A stretch of DNA of 64,000 nt from the human T2T-CHM13v2.0 reference genome, Homo sapiens. Position 1 is the stretch's first letter. Each line of letters opens with the position of its first letter. The stretch lies in the NCBI RefSeq assembly GCF_009914755.1, contig NC_060928.1. The stretch is one strand, 5' to 3'. Below are positions 43,960-58,236 of this stretch, piece by piece. The position numbers were made by a program, and so were the translations under genes. The notes beneath the pieces were generated by a model, which was not told the DNA's origin, did not search any database, and saw only the letters and a list, made by a program, of their open reading frames with translations.

Positions 43960-44105
43960 CTGTGTATTCTTCTAAGATTTTTATAATTTTATCTGTTATA
44001 TGTAAGCCTATGGTTCAGTTAGAGTTAATTTTTGTGTATGGTGTGAAGAAGGGGTCTAACCTCATTCTTTTGCATATGGCTATCTTCTTATCCCAGCATT
44101 ATCTA
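43960..44105 (-). mobile_element. L1M ORF2 fragment
   Basis: 'gagttaatttttgtgtatggtgtgaag..ggggtctaac.tcattcttttgcatatgg'. Confidence 0.75.
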
Positions 44106-44456
44106 TTGTAGTGTAGGGTGCTACTGCCCAACCTCCTGTCTCTCTCTCATGCACTGTGGTTGGAACTCTATCCAGCTAAATGGTTCTCCCAGGTGTCTCC
44201 CCTGATGAAATCCTCTCATGTGAATCCCATCTTGGCATCTGCTTTCTCCAGGGAGCTGGATTAACAAGTGGGTTTATCAGCTGAAATTAGATTTCATTAT
44301 ATTAAGTATTCCTATAATAGTAACATTCAGTACATCCTTTAATACATGAAAAGTGATAAATTGCAACATTTGGTTATTGGGTCTGTCAATTCTTCTGTGC
44401 GTTTAACTTGTTGATTTTTTTTTCATTCTATATAAGGAATTTGGGCAATGCCCCAA

Positions 44457-44494
44457 TTTTTTATCTTAAAAAATTTCTTTTTTAAGATAAAAAA
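44457..44494. repeat. Perfect 17-bp inverted repeat with 4-nt spacer
   Basis: TTTTTTATCTTAAAAAA-TTTC-TTTTTTAAGATAAAAAA. Confidence 0.95.
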
Positions 44495-45276
44495 GAAAAA
44501 AATAATTGGATGACACATAAATGGTGCTTATTGTAAAGGTAGTTAATATTCCAGATTGTCAACTCTTCAATTTTTTCCTTTCAATCTGATTATTGTCTCA
44601 AGACAAGTGAGTAAAATCCCATAATTTTACCAGTGGATAAAATTTTTGTCAGAATTTTAGGATTACATCTTGGAATCCCAAAAGACATATTTTGGAACAA
44701 AAGATGCTCAAAATTTTAGAAGAGTTGGATCTTTAAATGTCTACACATATGTGCTTGCTCTCTGTACATTGTACAGCACAGTGTAAACATGGGTCAAAAC
44801 CATGTTCTTCTATTCCTAGGGAATCAATTTTCTATTCCTAGGGAAACGGCACTGCTCCAGGAAATGGAGCTGTCTGAGGAGACCCAAGCTGAGGGAGGGT
44901 CCTCCAGCTCCGAAGACAGCATCTCCCTCTCAGCCCTGTGGTACAGCCTCATCTCCGGGGTGGAAGTGTAGCAGCTGGTTTCCTAAGCTAAAAGTTCATG
45001 CTTGCTTGCTTTCATACATTAGCTTAATGGAATTGTGTTTCACATAAGCCTTTGATGTAGGCATTTTGTTTCTAAAAATCCATGAAAGTTTCGTGACTTC
45101 AGCAGCTTTGTTGGAAGTTTTCATCTTGGAGCAGTTTACATTTTCCACTGGCCTGATGTGGTGATTTTCACAGACATTTTATTGTATTTTCTGAGGTACA
45201 TTCTCAGGACCAGCAGGGCAGGAGTGGGCATCCAGTAGCAGCAGACCTCTGTCTCCCTTTCTCTCTCTCCTCACAG

Positions 45277-45289
45277 ACACACACACACG

Positions 45290-45321
<32 letters not shown>
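45277..45321. repeat. (CA)n microsatellite, interrupted once
   Basis: Directly visible. Confidence 0.95.
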
Positions 45322-45324
<3 letters not shown>

Positions 45325-47134
45325 TCCTATAAGCAGTTCACCACAGCACTATTTTCAGCCTTTCAGGCTATCAGGCACCAGAGTGTTTAAAGTTTTAATA
45401 GGCTTAGAGGTGACTCTAGAGTCCACCAACATCTGCATTCATCTGTAATTTATGGCTGCCTCTTATTTAGTTGGTTTAGTAAATTGTACCTAAGAGTATT
45501 CTTTGAGACTTGGCAGCCTGGTGTACAGTTTCACGATTCAGCTGTGTTTTTGCCAACTATTTGGCTTTTTTTTTTTCTCTTGGATGACATTCTCAAATAC
45601 TTAATTTGGAGCTTTCGTCTGGAACACACTTTATCAGACACCTCTTGTGTGCCAAAGACCCCTTATATTCTGTTAAGACTAACTTTCCACAAGCTAACAC
45701 ATTTATTTCTAAATTGCTTTTAAAGTCACCATATTTCCAAATAGCAGAAGGTAGAGTGTGGTGAGTTTGGACTATGTCTTTCTTGTGGTCTCCCTGTCCC
45801 ACACCCTCCACCCTTCTTCTCTGGATTTTAGTGAAGGGAAAATTCCTCTGTAAGTGGAGAGGTGAGGGTAATGGTGCCTAATCAAACCATAACATAAATG
45901 TCTGTTGCAAAAATAAAAAGGCTCACTTTCTTATGAGTTAGGTGAGGAAATGTTTTGGCCTTATTTCATTTGCTCAGCCTAACCATGCTCTAAAGATTAA
46001 ATCAAGGCTATTATGGGTATAATTTATTTCTCTTCCAAGTCTGTCATCATGTGTGTAGATTTGGGGTATTATGTTTTCCCACTTTCAGGGGTAAGGTCCA
46101 TATCTGGCAAACACAGATTTAAGACATTCTATGAAAAGTCCCTGAGGCAGTTTGTTTACAGTTTCACAGAATATGATTTTCTAGCTGAATCTGTGACTAA
46201 CTGACTACTCCCTTTTCTTTTCAATAAGCATTACGGAGAAGTCAGCTTTCCAGAATTGAACACTCCATTGCGTTGTTGCCTCCAAACAAGAGAACGTGTA
46301 ATTCATCTGCATCATGATGAATACACTGAAATCATGTAATCTGTTAGGAAAATGCAATCTTAAGAAAAAAAATTGTAATACAATTAAATCCTCCACTCAC
46401 ACCATAAATCTCTTAAGGTCTGAGGAGGAATTAGAGATTAAAATAAATCTTTTAACATTCTTTCTTATGAGGAGAATAATTAATTTAGCCACTTTAGCTG
46501 TTTGTGATGGTGGAATGGGAATTTAGGTTTTAAGCTTGAAATGCACACTTTCCTCCACATTTTCTTTGGGGTTTGGGTCTTCTTCATCCCATTACACTTG
46601 TGGGCTGACTGAGAAGTATCTGGGGCCACATGTGCAATCCACTCTGAAACCCACCTCTGTACTGTGTTGCTGCCTTGGGTGCCTGGCTGCTGCCTCTTGG
46701 GCTTGTCTCCTGGTGCAGAGATGCCTGATGTAAATATAGTGTGTGCACACTGGTGGCCCGGGCATGGACAACATGTATCTAGGATCCTTGATTCTTTTTG
46801 AATCTGATTTCTCTTCCACATAAATCCTGAATGCCAGGAGTAGAGAAATTGTTATAACAGTATGGCAAAGGACATTCAAAGATACCTGAAGAAGGAATAA
46901 ATGGAATAGGTACATTTTCCTTTTACTCAGGGACTCCAAATCCCTAAGCCCATGCAGAGTCTTCTGTGTATCAAATGTGTATCATTTGTAGGTCACGAGG
47001 TGCCAGAGTCAGCCTCCCTACCTGGTGTAGCCCCTCCCTTCACATCCACAAGCTATCTAGGGCAGGGGCATGCAATTGGGAGGCTGACCCCAATGGTATT
47101 TTTTTGTGGCTATAGCTAATGCAAACATGTAATT

Positions 47135-48900
47135 ATTTTGTTAAAAATACTCACAAACCCTTTTTTCTGCTAGAAAGTAAGGAAGTGCTCAAAAGTTAGT
47201 GAAGACCTATGGAAAGGACATAGAAATCAGCTTAAAGAGGTTCCTACTGGCCAATGTGGGTCAATTTAAGCATAATAATAAATTGTCATAATGGATCATA
47301 ACACATTACATAAAATATAAATCTATGGATTCTGATTGGCAAAAGTAAAAAATAAATGGAATAGATTTTAGAGATCTACTAGATCTATAGTTATAAAGCC
47401 TATAGTTAACAATGTTGTGTTGTATTCTATACTTAAAAATTTGCTAAGGGAGTAGATCTTATGGTCAGTGCTCTTACCACAAAAGAAAAAAATCTTAAAC
47501 AAAATAAAGGGGCAGAAGGAACTTTTGGAGGTGGTGGGTAAGTTTATGGCTTTGATTGTGGTCATGGTCACGTCAGTGTATACTTAACTCCGAACTCATT
47601 CATTTGTGTACATTAAATAGGTACAGCTTGTTGTATGTCAATCATACCTCAAAAAATGGTCTTAGAAAAACAAAAACAACATAAATGATCCCTGGATTAC
47701 CTTATAAATTACAATTGTTAGGACAAAAAATAGGAAAAGGAAAAGCACAATAAGCATGTAAATCGCCAAAAAACAGATATACATAAATGAAAATAAAATG
47801 CTAATAATAATTATAGAATCTGTAATAATAAAAATAATAAAATAGAATAACATGCCGTAACTGTAGAAGGAATGATGGACTTAGAAAATCAACAATGGTT
47901 GCTAAAACAAGTGAGTGAAAGTTTGATGAGAAACAAGATGCATTCGTGATCTCAGTGTCTCCTTTCAAATTACTTATTAATTACACAGGGAAAAATAATT
48001 ACAGTGGAGAAATCTGGTAAATAGCACCTTATCCAAGTGATAAAAGTCAATTATCACTCAAAATGAAGCAAACTGGTAGCATGTGTCTCCTGATATGAAG
48101 GGCATGGTATCACTCTGTGACATTTCTGCCAAAAAAATGCATAATCTGAATCTAATCATGAAGAAACAGCCATCAAGGCCAAATTGAGGAACATCTATAA
48201 AGTAACTGGCCTGTAATCTTCCAGATTGAAAAAGTCAACAAAAGCAAAGGCTAAGGAAATGTTTCTGATTGAAGGAGACTAAGGAGGCATGACCACCAAA
48301 TGCAATGTGTCTTCCTGGATGGAATCCTGGACTGGAAAACAATTGGCTCTACAGTATATTTTGGGGACTTCTGACAAACATTGAAAATGGACTGTAGATT
48401 TGATAATAGATTTGCAACAAAATTAAATATCCTGATTTTTAAAATTATGTTGCAGTTATATAAGGAAATGTCCTTGGTTTCTAAGATATACACACAAAAG
48501 TATTAAGGGGTAAAGGCACATGATAACTACAAGTTGCTCTCAAGTGGTTCAAAAAATAATATATACACACATATGTCTATATACATATATAAACATACAT
48601 AGAGATATGTATACATGCACATGTATACACATGTAAACATACATAGAGCTGTGCATACATGCACATAGAGTTATGTATACATGCACATCACTATGTATGT
48701 TTATATATGGAGAGATTATATATATATATTTATATATGAAGAGAGAGAGAGAAAATGACAATGGAAATAGGACAAAATAGGATAAAATAAACAACTGATA
48801 ACTCCTGGAGTAAAGGGTATACTGGGTAGACCTTGTACCATTTTTGTAACCTCTCTGTATGTTTGACATCATTTCAAAGTAAAAAAGTGACAAAAAACAT
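47135..48900 (+). mobile_element. L1MC4/5-like 3' region with a nested younger L1M 3' end (~47365-47680) and a TA/CA low-complexity tract (48560-48750)
   Basis: 'ctagaaagtaaggaagtgctcaaa', 'acagtggagaaatctgg', 'aatctaatcatgaagaaaca', 'caaattgaggaacat'; nested 'aaatttgctaagggagtagatctta...tgtcaatcatacctcaa'. Confidence 0.75.
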
Positions 48901-50049
48901 TCATAAGATTAAACTTGGTTAAACTTGATATCACCAAACACTTGGGAAACTCAATTATTATTCCATACTTGTGTTCTACATGACCATACTGGCTATTCTT
49001 GTCTCTGTCTGCTTAGCAATTATAGACAGAGTGCAGATTCATTTCCTCAAATCATAGGTATTTAATTTTGTTGCAATTCTATTATCCTCAGTCTGTTTTC
49101 ACTGTTTGTCAAATGTTCCCAAAATAAAAATAAGTAAAACAAAAGGAAGCATCCTTGACAGGTTTGGTCATTCTCAGTCCCAGCAGCGAGGAAGAAGGCC
49201 CCTAGCTCAGGGGAGGGAAAGGGGAGGGACACCCTAACTCCAGGCAGGGTGTCGAACACAGATGGCAGAGAGGAGGCGATGGGCACCCTCTGGTGGTCTG
49301 TGGGGTTTTGAGAAGTGTTGGGTCTAACTTGCCTGGGCAGGGGAGGCACAGAAATCATGGCAGGGGGTTGCAATAGCAACCACAGAAGCTGTACACTCTC
49401 CAGAGAGGACGTGAGGGGTGTTTATCTACAGTGCTAGCTGGGTGCTGTTTTGGCAAAGGTGAACAGGCATTCACCAGGCAATGTCACACATGGACACATG
49501 ACCCATTCTTGCAGATGTTGCCTCTAAAACCAGTCACACTTAAACAGTATTTGTGCCATAATTCAAACAGCTGTTTCACAAAATTACATTATCTTACTTA
49601 AAATTTAGCACCTATAGGAATCACTTAATTTGGGGGTTAATCTACTGATCAAAGAGAATGTGCATAGCTAAAATGTAATATTAGTTTGGCCTTAGGCCAT
49701 GCAATACAAGATTTTCTGATGTTTTCACAACATATTAGTCTCTTATTTTTGTTGAGCAGAAACAAGAATCACGGTCTAGATCATTGTCAATAGGTCAGTT
49801 GCTAATATTGTAATCAGTTTAAGTCAGAGTGAACATCAGCTGTAATCAATTGTTGGAGCGGGGGGCTGATTTGTAGCCCAGGGAACAGGAATGTGAGGGA
49901 GTATTTTGGGTATCAAGAGATTTTCAAGTGTTCTTGAAAAATAGCTAGTAAATTTCACTTCCTGAAATATACTAATGTTTTTCTAGTTTGCTTCCTTTCA
50001 CAAGGGATTCAAAGTGATTTACAATAAGACAATGTTAGGTATCTTGGCA

Positions 50050-50215
50050 GTTAATAATAATAATAGCAGTTTCTCTTTGTCGAGCTCCCAGTATATAGCA
50101 GGCACTATGTTATATTGTTTAATTATCTCGGTCACCCTAAGAGATAGGATCATTTTATGAAGAGGATTCAAATCCAGTGCTCTCTGTTTGTCAACCCATC
50201 GACACTTAACTATGT
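50050..50215 (-). mobile_element. MIR fragment
   Basis: 'aataataatagc...caggcactatg...accctaagagatagg...ggattcaaatccag'. Confidence 0.6.
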
Positions 50216-50440
50216 GCAGGGCAGCCCACTAGAAACAAGTCATGGAGAAACCCACTGGTGGAGCCCAGAGACTTCTTCTGCACATTAGAACTGTGTCCAC
50301 TTACTTACCTATGGGAGTGACTTTGATACAGAGCTCATTCGCTGCAGGTTTCCTGCTGCAGACTTACTCCCTATTTAACTGTCATATCATGCATGGAGAT
50401 TCATTTTATTTTGGCAAGAGCAGTGCATTACAACACATAA

Positions 50441-50857
<417 letters not shown>

Positions 50858-50939
50858 TGATGGACAGACACTGTAGAAGTAAAAAGTGGGAAATTTAGAC
50901 AGTAAGTAATTGAAATGGAAGAAAAAATGAAAATCACAG

Positions 50940-51717
<778 letters not shown>

Positions 51718-53864
51718 CACACAATCCAATATTTTAACAGAGAAAAAATATGACCCAAGTTGTATTTAGAGAAAATAGGACCTAAATCCTGGAGAGCAAC
51801 AACTGCCATTGGTATGCTCTCCATTCATATTTTGGCACCTGCAGTTCAGTCTTTTCTTTGCTTGCTCTGAATTGTAGGTGAGGCAAGGATAAAGATTCTG
51901 TTGACCTGAGACTGAAAGCAATAACCAAGACTGTACTGGCTCAATGATCACTGCTACATACTTGGTTTTCAAAAAATATAAGGCATACCTTTAGGCGACA
52001 AAACACGTAGCCTTCGGTCAAGTCACTACATACAGCAGCTCCATGTTCCTGGGGTTAGGACTGGAAAGAACAGTCAAGGAGACAAACTTGTAACTGATCA
52101 AATCACCTAACCTGATTATTATGTCAAATTCCAAAACTGATAAGAAAAAGAAAATCCACTTGGGTACCTAACTCCCTGATTTGGCTCCCTACTGTGCTTA
52201 TATTAATATCATAACTGCTGGGTCTTCATAAATCTATACTGAAAAGACATATCTTTTGGTTATGCCTGGGCAGTATAAAAAAACTGAACATTTTCAAGTT
52301 CATTACCAAACCCATGACTGAATTGCTGAATTGTTGATGCAACCCTTTTTGCAGTAATTGAATCAAATAGGCTATTCAATTACATGTTTGGCATTTGATT
52401 TAGGGATAGTCTAAACTCCCCATTTTGTTTTCTGTTTTCATAACATACTAGTCTCTTATATTTGGGAAATGTTTCCTGATGTTCAATGGATGCACTAGAG
52501 AATAAAAATCTAATGCCACCTACAAATAAATCTGTGACAAACTGTTTATTCAGAGGAAATATTTCAGGGACTGACATGAAGCTGACAAATACAGTGTCAA
52601 TATTTTACTGTAGAGTCTTTTTTAATATATTGAAAACATTCAAACCCAAATGTCAAGGAAACAATTTTACTCTGACTCAAGGGCCAAGGCTTATATTTTA
52701 ATGTAGTTACTGTTGAATGTTGGTAAATAACTCTCATTTTACATAAGGATTGGCTTGGATCAGTTGGGAAAACTCCCCTAACTGCTGCACTGGGCAGCGA
52801 ATGGTAACTTAATTTATCTTTTGGAAGTTCAACAACTCCCCCTTGTTATTAGAGGAGCTAGCTCTAACAATGTGTGGGGTGCAGGACCATTGGAATTCTG
52901 GGCTGGTTTAGATTAAGGGGCTTCCTTTCTTTGTGTTCTTAGAGAGCCTGTTGGAGAACATCTAATTTTTCTCTGTCACTCACGTCAACACAAGTAGAAA
53001 ACCTGTCAGAGGTTAAGCCAATCAGTCTCACCTTGAAGAAGAGTTTTTGTGGAATGTTTAATTTTGGGGGTGTGAAAGAGGAAAGGGATTAGCATGTTCT
53101 CAAGCAGCCTCAGCAAGAGACTATGTACCCGGGGAGAGTCTCCAGGAAGTGTCCTCAGAAGCAAAGAGCGAGAGCTGGGAGCCAATGAGGGCGGCAGGAG
53201 AATGGGGAAAACCCTATACCACCAGGGAGCCAAGTGGTTGTGGCTTGATGTGTCCTGCATCGTACTTTTTGACTTTTTCCAGAAAAAGCTGGCAATGAGA
53301 ATAGAAGAATTGCAAACAATGTAGCAGGCCCTTGCCAAGATTTAAATACAGAAGAAACATTCAAAAGGACGGTATCAAATTATCTGCAAAGATGAAGAAA
53401 GTAATGACTTACGTTCTCCATCCTCTGGCTGGGTGACTCACCAAAGTGGAAAATGAAGCACTTGGAGATTAAAGTTACCCCCAGAAAGAGGGGGAAAGGG
53501 ATGGGCTCTGGAGAAGCCAATCCAGTTACAAGTTAACATGCCACAGGAACATCTGTGATGGAAGGTGGCAGCTAAATGCTTCGTGTCTCTTTGTGTTCTC
53601 CAGAATCTTCAAGTAAGACAGTCCAGCCCTGCCTCAGCATTCTTCATCTGGACCACAGACGTGTTAAAAAGCACCTACTGCGTGCAGGGTATCATGTGAG
53701 GATATGCAGGTGATAATTGTTGTGCATGCACACTTAGTTAGAACACAGTGAAAATAGGTGCCCCTGACCACTCTACTTAAAAAGGCTGCTCTCTGTAGTC
53801 TCTATTTTTGTAATGGTCATATTGATATATAATTCACACATTATACAATCTATCCACTTGTATT

Positions 53865-54830
53865 TTGTTATATGTATGTGTTAACTTCTTTAAAGTACAG
53901 GCTCCATGAAGATAACAACCAGGTGTCTTTTGTTCATCAGTGGACACCCAGCAGCTATCATAACGCACAATGCAGCCACTCAGCAATGATGCGGAATGGG
54001 GAAGGAAAGTGCTGGGAAGAGAAGGGCGTGGTCCCTTTAAATGATAGGGAAGCGGGGAAGAGCATGGTCCCTGGCTAGGGCTCCAGCCCTGGGCCTGTGC
54101 CCATGGACCTAGGTGAAAACAGGCATTTTTGTTTTCCTGCCCAAATGTTGCATTTCCCAAGACCACCCTGGCCTGCCACTCCCCCATCCTGTGCCTATAA
54201 AATCCCTGAGACGCTAGCAGCCAGACACACAGGAGGCTGGACGTGGAGAGGAGCATTTCAGCAGAGGCACACGTGGGCGGCTGGACATTGAGAGGAACGC
54301 ACCGACAGGCACCAGCACACCAGCAGGTCACCGACTGGCAGAACGACGTGGAGTTTGGCCGGGGCAGTTGGAGGAGAGCCCGGGCGCCAAGCAGCCCGAC
54401 TCCAGGGGAAAACCATCTCTCTTCTGGCTCCCCCATCTGCTGAGAGCTACTTCCACTCAATAAAACCTTGCGCTCATTCTCCAAGCCCACGTGTGATCTG
54501 ATTCTTCCCGTACACCAAGGCAAGAACCCCGGGATACAGAAAGCCCTCTGTTCTTGTGATAAGGCAGGGGGGTCTAACTGAGCTATCACAAGCCACCTAC
54601 GATGGCTAAACTAAAAGAGCACCCTGTAATACATGCCCACTGGGGCTTCAGCTGTAAACATTCAGCCCTAGACACTGCCCCCACTGCCGGTCTGTATGCT
54701 CCCCCTAGAGGTTTGAGCAGCAGGGCACTGAAGAAGTGAGCCACACCCCCATCACGTGCCCTGCGAGGGGAACAAGGGAACTTTTGCCATTTCAGTAACA
54801 ATATATTTTTAGTAAATTCATAATTAATGC
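53865..54830 (+). mobile_element. L2 3' end split by the LTR1 insertion (53865-53986 and 54795-54830)
   Basis: 'gctccatgaag...gtgtcttttgttca...cccagca' continuing after the LTR into an 'aatatattt..taaatt..taattaat' tail. Confidence 0.5.
53987..54794 (+). mobile_element. LTR1-family ERV1 solo LTR (808 bp)
   Basis: TGAT...TTCA termini; 4-bp TSD GCAA/GTAA; TATAAAA at 54196-54202; AATAAA at 54459-54464; CpG-retaining body with 'gtggtccctggctagggctcc...ggacctaggtga'. Confidence 0.85.
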
Positions 54831-54920
54831 ATAGACAAGAACACGATGTCTAAGGCTCAGAAATTGGCTTTAATAAACCTCACATTCTTGTGTTTTCCTC
54901 CAAAATTATAGGCAATGTGT

Positions 54921-55042
54921 TTTAAACAGATGGGGCCTTACTGTGCAGCCCAGGCTGAACTCCAAGCCCTGGGCTCATGGAATCTTTCCACTTCAGCTTC
55001 CCGCAGAGCTGGGCCCATAGGCCCTTGCTGCCATGACCGGCT
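54921..55042 (-). mobile_element. FLAM (Alu monomer)
   Basis: ~120-bp diverged monomer 'agatggggccttactgtgcagcccaggctg...cctgggctca...ccatgaccggct'. Confidence 0.75.
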
Positions 55043-55063
55043 AACAGGCCATTTTAAAAATCA

Positions 55064-55413
<350 letters not shown>

Positions 55414-56103
55414 CTATTTGGTAGGAGGAAAACAATATGGACCTCTCATTCTCTCAACCACTTCTCACTTTCTCATGTGCTACAGTTTGACCCCAAATCT
55501 GAACAGAGGGGACTTTGGTGGGAAAGCCTCTCACCCTCTTTGTATGCTCAGGAAAGCAGAAGACGTCAGATCTTTGTCTCAGAAGGGGTTTGATTTTCTG
55601 TACTTTTACTCTTCATGGTTCAGTTTGAATCAATTCAACTCAGCAAGGAATCCCTGAGTGAGGCTTATGCTAAGGCCATGAGGAAAACAAAAGTATGAGA
55701 TGCCTCCTGGTCTTTCTAGCTTGCTGTCTCAGTGGGACAGCAAAACATATGTCCCTGAACTAGAGTCAAAGAAAAGGCAATGAGACTTAGAGCCAAGCAC
55801 TCAGGTCAGACTTGATGCAGAAGGAATTCAGGGAAGGAAGAGAGAATGGTGCTTTGGAAGGTCAGGAAATGCTGTGCTGAGGAGACGGGGCTTGGGCAGC
55901 ATCTGGGAAAGCAAAGCAAAGATGACAAGGCCTATGCTGCATTCAGGGGACCCTGGGGGCACTGGCCCTGCTGCAGTGGAGGGGCCAGGCTGGGGTCGGT
56001 GAGAGGGGCATTGGGACGGGTGCTGGAGTTCTGTGTGCTCGTGCTGAGGGAGAGGAGTTGCAGAAATCCAAAGGCTTTTTTTTTTTTACTTCTACCTCTG
56101 TAG

Positions 56104-56504
<401 letters not shown>

Positions 56505-58084
56505 TGCTTTGTTGTTTTTGTTTTGTCCCTTCTATTACGGGGGAGAGAGGAAGAGCCTCGCCCGCGGAGGGAGAGGCATTTCTATGGAGCAAAGTTTGTA
56601 AATCATCTAAATCAGTCGCATTCCAGAAAGAAACAGCGATAGGTCCTGTCTCCTCCCGCCACGAGAAGGAAACAATCCCATAAGCACTCCGTCATGGGCT
56701 TGGCACAAGCCTATCATTTGCATTAAACATCTAAAGCCATTATTGAGTAGCTCTATGCATACCCTTTAACATTATGCTTTCTTCTCAATCATAAAGCCAT
56801 TTTGCTCCTTTGGTTAAGGCAAATAAATATAAGAATCATCATTATTATCAATAAAGGGTACTAGTGTCACTATTTTAAAAGAGAGAAAGTGACAGATTTC
56901 ATGACAGCATCAGCGGAAGTCTGTGGAAAGATTCAAATCTCAAGGGAGCACTGAATTAGCTTCATGCACCCCATGGATTCTCACTATGTCTACCTTGGTG
57001 GGCACAGAGAATGTATAGTGAATATGGATAAAAAATAGAGTTGGTTTTCTTTTCCCAGAAACAACTTGTCATAATATCTAAATCGCTTAATATTTTGAAT
57101 TTGCAAAATGAGGTTCTCTAGATCCTAATGCGAGCTTCTTTCTTTAAGTAGTTTATTCCCCCTTTCTCTGTAGAAATCTTCATTTACCTTTTCCTCGCTG
57201 ACTTTTAAACGTGTGATAAAAATCTAACAGGGAGAAGGAGTTGTGGGCACTTAGCTCAACAAAAACTGTTTAAGATGACTTTTTCTTCTTAATCCTAGAG
57301 CTTTTTTTCTCGTTTGGGTTTAGCAAAGATGAGAGTAGTGCTGTGCAGATGGTAAGTATAGAAGCTTTTGAATAAAAGCTGGTCATGGTTAGCCCTCAGA
57401 CTGTAGCTCTAAGATGCTTTAAGAATGTGTTCTGAGCCCTTCGAGAGCTGTGAAATGAATATGGCCATTTATGAGGCAGTAATAAGAACCTTCAGTGATA
57501 GTTTGACTCAGAAGCTAATCTTAAGGGTTGTGAGTTTTTATCAATCATTCATCCTTTTCCTGAACATGTGGCTTAAAACAACCTCTTCCTTGGATGAATC
57601 CTCCATGTTCTATTTTTCTTCTCATTATCTGTCTGTTGTTGTTGTTGTTTTTGTTGTTGTCATTCCTACTGTTCATTTCCTCTTTCACTGCAACTTTTGT
57701 ATTTGGTTCATCTTTACCTTCTTATTTTCACGATTTCTCTGACTGGCAATCACTCCTTAGAAAGCTTCACAAATCATGTCAAGCTGTCACCATCTCCTCC
57801 TTATTCTGTTCCTTTTGCTACTTCTCACTCATTTTCTTTTCTTCTTTTCAGTTTTGTAGGCTCCTACCAGTGAAAGCCTCCTCACAACTCTCTTCTTCTC
57901 CCCAAGGTAAGTAACTGCTTTTTCTTCTTCCATGCTTTCTTTCATTCCAGAGCCATTCTCTCTGCATAACCTCTATTGATGAGCTTCGTTTGCTGCTGTT
58001 TTCTTACCCTCAACCACCTCCTCCCTCAGCCACAGAAGTACAATCCATTGTTCTTTATCTCTACCCTGTCCTTCTAGGATTTCT

Positions 58085-58236
58085 ACCACAAAATAAGGCT
58101 GTTTTATTATGCCATTCTACCCCTCACTTAGACTATTTTAGATATATTATTTAAGCGGAATCGTGTAGTGGTAGTCTTTCTGTGTCTGGCTTATTTCACT
58201 TAGCATAATGTCCTCCAGGTTCATTCATGTTGTAGT
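58085..58236 (-). mobile_element. L1M 3' UTR fragment
   Basis: 'gtgtctggcttatttcacttagcataatgtcctccaggttcattcatgttgtag'. Confidence 0.75.

Noticed and set aside
53604-53612. 9-nt micro-exon (TTCTCCAG|AATCTTCAA|GTAAGA)
   Set aside because: No host gene context or supporting evidence; compatible with chance.
53834-54589. 251-aa minus-strand ORF
   Set aside because: GTG start, antisense through a GC-rich LTR, no recognisable domain.
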